Below, one piece after another: positions 28,013 through 29,128 of a stretch of 29,128 bases of DNA. Source of the DNA: a virus (Duplodnaviria > Caudoviricetes); the IMG/VR virus record IMGVR_UViG_3300046779_000041, positions 1-29,128 of that record. The stretch is one strand, 5' to 3'. The position numbers were made by a program, and so were the translations under genes. The first letter of the stretch is position 1. Each line of letters opens with the position of its first letter. The notes below the pieces were generated by a model. It saw only the letters and a program-made list of their open reading frames with translations, was not told where the DNA came from and did no database searches.

Positions 28013-29127
28013 TAGAATCTTCCTCCTCTAATTCTTTGCGAGTCTACCTGCTTGATTTGAGCCATAACAGTTCTTGCAATCTGGTCTGCGTCAGCATCCG
28101 ACTTAACGCTAATGTTTACCTCATAATTATACACTGATTCGCCACCGTATGTGCCACGGTTTATAGCCTTAAGATTATCAGCACCAAAACTTGATACTGC
28201 ATACTTGCTCATTACGAACTCTCCTGGTGTAAGCATCGCTGGAACCACGTCTGAACCAAGTGGTGAGCCACCATTGGCAAAGTACTTGATCATTCCGCCT
28301 CTAGCTTTAAACGACCAACCACCTGACCCAGCAGGAGGCTTCCAGCCACCCCTTTCATCATCCCATTCCCAGCCCATCTCAGATGGCTTCTTGGTTGTTG
28401 TTGTTACGCCAGCAGGGGCATTTCCTAGCAATCCATTTGCTTCATTCAAAGCCTTTACATAGTTCCATGCGTTGTAGGCTGCATTTTTAATTTGAGCATC
28501 TAGAAGTTCCCACTTTAGCTTTTGGTCTTCAAGCGTAGACAAAATGTCGTCTCTAGCATCTTCCAAAAGCTGAATTCTGTATCGTGCTGGCTCAATTGAC
28601 TCTTCTTCAATTTTTGCGACCTGCTTTTGCTTTGAAAGAATTGAGTCTTCAATCTCAAGCCTAGTCATCTTTACACCATTTACAGTTGTAGTAATATTCT
28701 TCAGTTCAGCATCACGAGCTTGCTCAATAATTCTTCTTCTGGTTTCTGCTGCTGCAGATGCTTTATCAGCTCTAAACTTTTGAATTGCAGAAGCTGCTGC
28801 TGAAGAGTCTCCAGATGCCATTGCACGAGCAAGCTCAAACTCAGCTCTCTGCTGTTCAATTGCACGTCTTCTAGCCTCTTCCACCTTATCTAGTGCTTCT
28901 AGACGCTTATCATACTTCTTGTTGATTTCATCTTCTTGATACCCGATTTGGTCAAGACCGTACTGCAGGTCATCAATACCGCCAGGCTCATTTACAATCT
29001 TATCTATCTGATCTTGGCTCTTACGAATAGAATCTTCTAGTGGTTTTGTGTCTGCTCTAAATTGAACGTCAACGGCTTGTTCACGGTCGCCAATAATCCC
29101 TACAGCCTTATCATACATGTCATTAAA
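28012..29127 (-). CDS. Tape measure protein, C-terminal part (5' truncated)
   Basis: Frame open to the window edge; long charged coiled-coil region, then FANGG...GSDVVPAMLTPGEFVM and SVYNYEVNI..ADADQIARTV, typical of TMP C-termini. Confidence 0.85.
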   Translation of the reverse strand, partial: FNDMYDKAVGIIGDREQAVDVQFRADTKPLEDSIRKSQDQIDKIVNEPGGIDDLQYGLDQIGYQEDEINKKYDKRLEALDKVEEARRRAIEQQRAEFELARAMASGDSSAAASAIQKFRADKASAAAETRRRIIEQARDAELKNITTTVNGVKMTRLEIEDSILSKQKQVAKIEEESIEPARYRIQLLEDARDDILSTLEDQKLKWELLDAQIKNAAYNAWNYVKALNEANGLLGNAPAGVTTTTKKPSEMGWEWDDERGGWKPPAGSGGWSFKARGGMIKYFANGGSPLGSDVVPAMLTPGEFVMSKYAVSSFGADNLKAINRGTYGGESVYNYEVNISVKSDADADQIARTVMAQIKQVDSQRIRGGRF

Positions 29128-29128
29128 C

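Noticed and set aside
28126-28131. TATAAT near the tape measure 3' end
   Set aside because: No -35 and no correctly placed TG extension; coincides with the SVYNY peptide. Cannot be supported as a promoter from sequence alone.

Overview
A 29 kb segment of a large tailed dsDNA phage (siphovirus-like). The class Ib nrdE/nrdF sequences and the gene order suggest an actinobacterial host (inference). All credible genes are on the minus strand, tightly packed or overlapping. In transcription order: 3' end of the tape measure gene; six tail/virion genes; a replication-recombination block (MerR-like HTH, DnaB helicase, primase, SSB, DnaE-type Pol III alpha, MazG, RecA-like recombinase, Hjc-like resolvase, RNase H-fold exonuclease, Cas4-like nuclease, Zn-finger protein, RuvC-like resolvase, a 51-aa HTH missing from the ORF track); a CBS-less IMPDH/GMPR-family gene; terminase small and large subunits; a secreted Ala/Thr-rich Ig-like surface protein; nrdI-nrdE-nrdF; a terminator; and the start of another secreted protein. 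The gene content is of a known kind. The less obvious signal is regulatory: near-consensus sigma70-type promoters written into the last codons of genes (one is a perfect TTGACA-N17-TATAAT inside the guaB-like gene), three candidate leaderless starts, an NrdR-box-like palindrome in the first codons of nrdI, and a probable AUU start with an inverted repeat and overlapping uORF at the left edge. No tRNA, rRNA, CRISPR array, intein or mobile element was recognised. All calls come from reading motifs by eye; no database searches were run.
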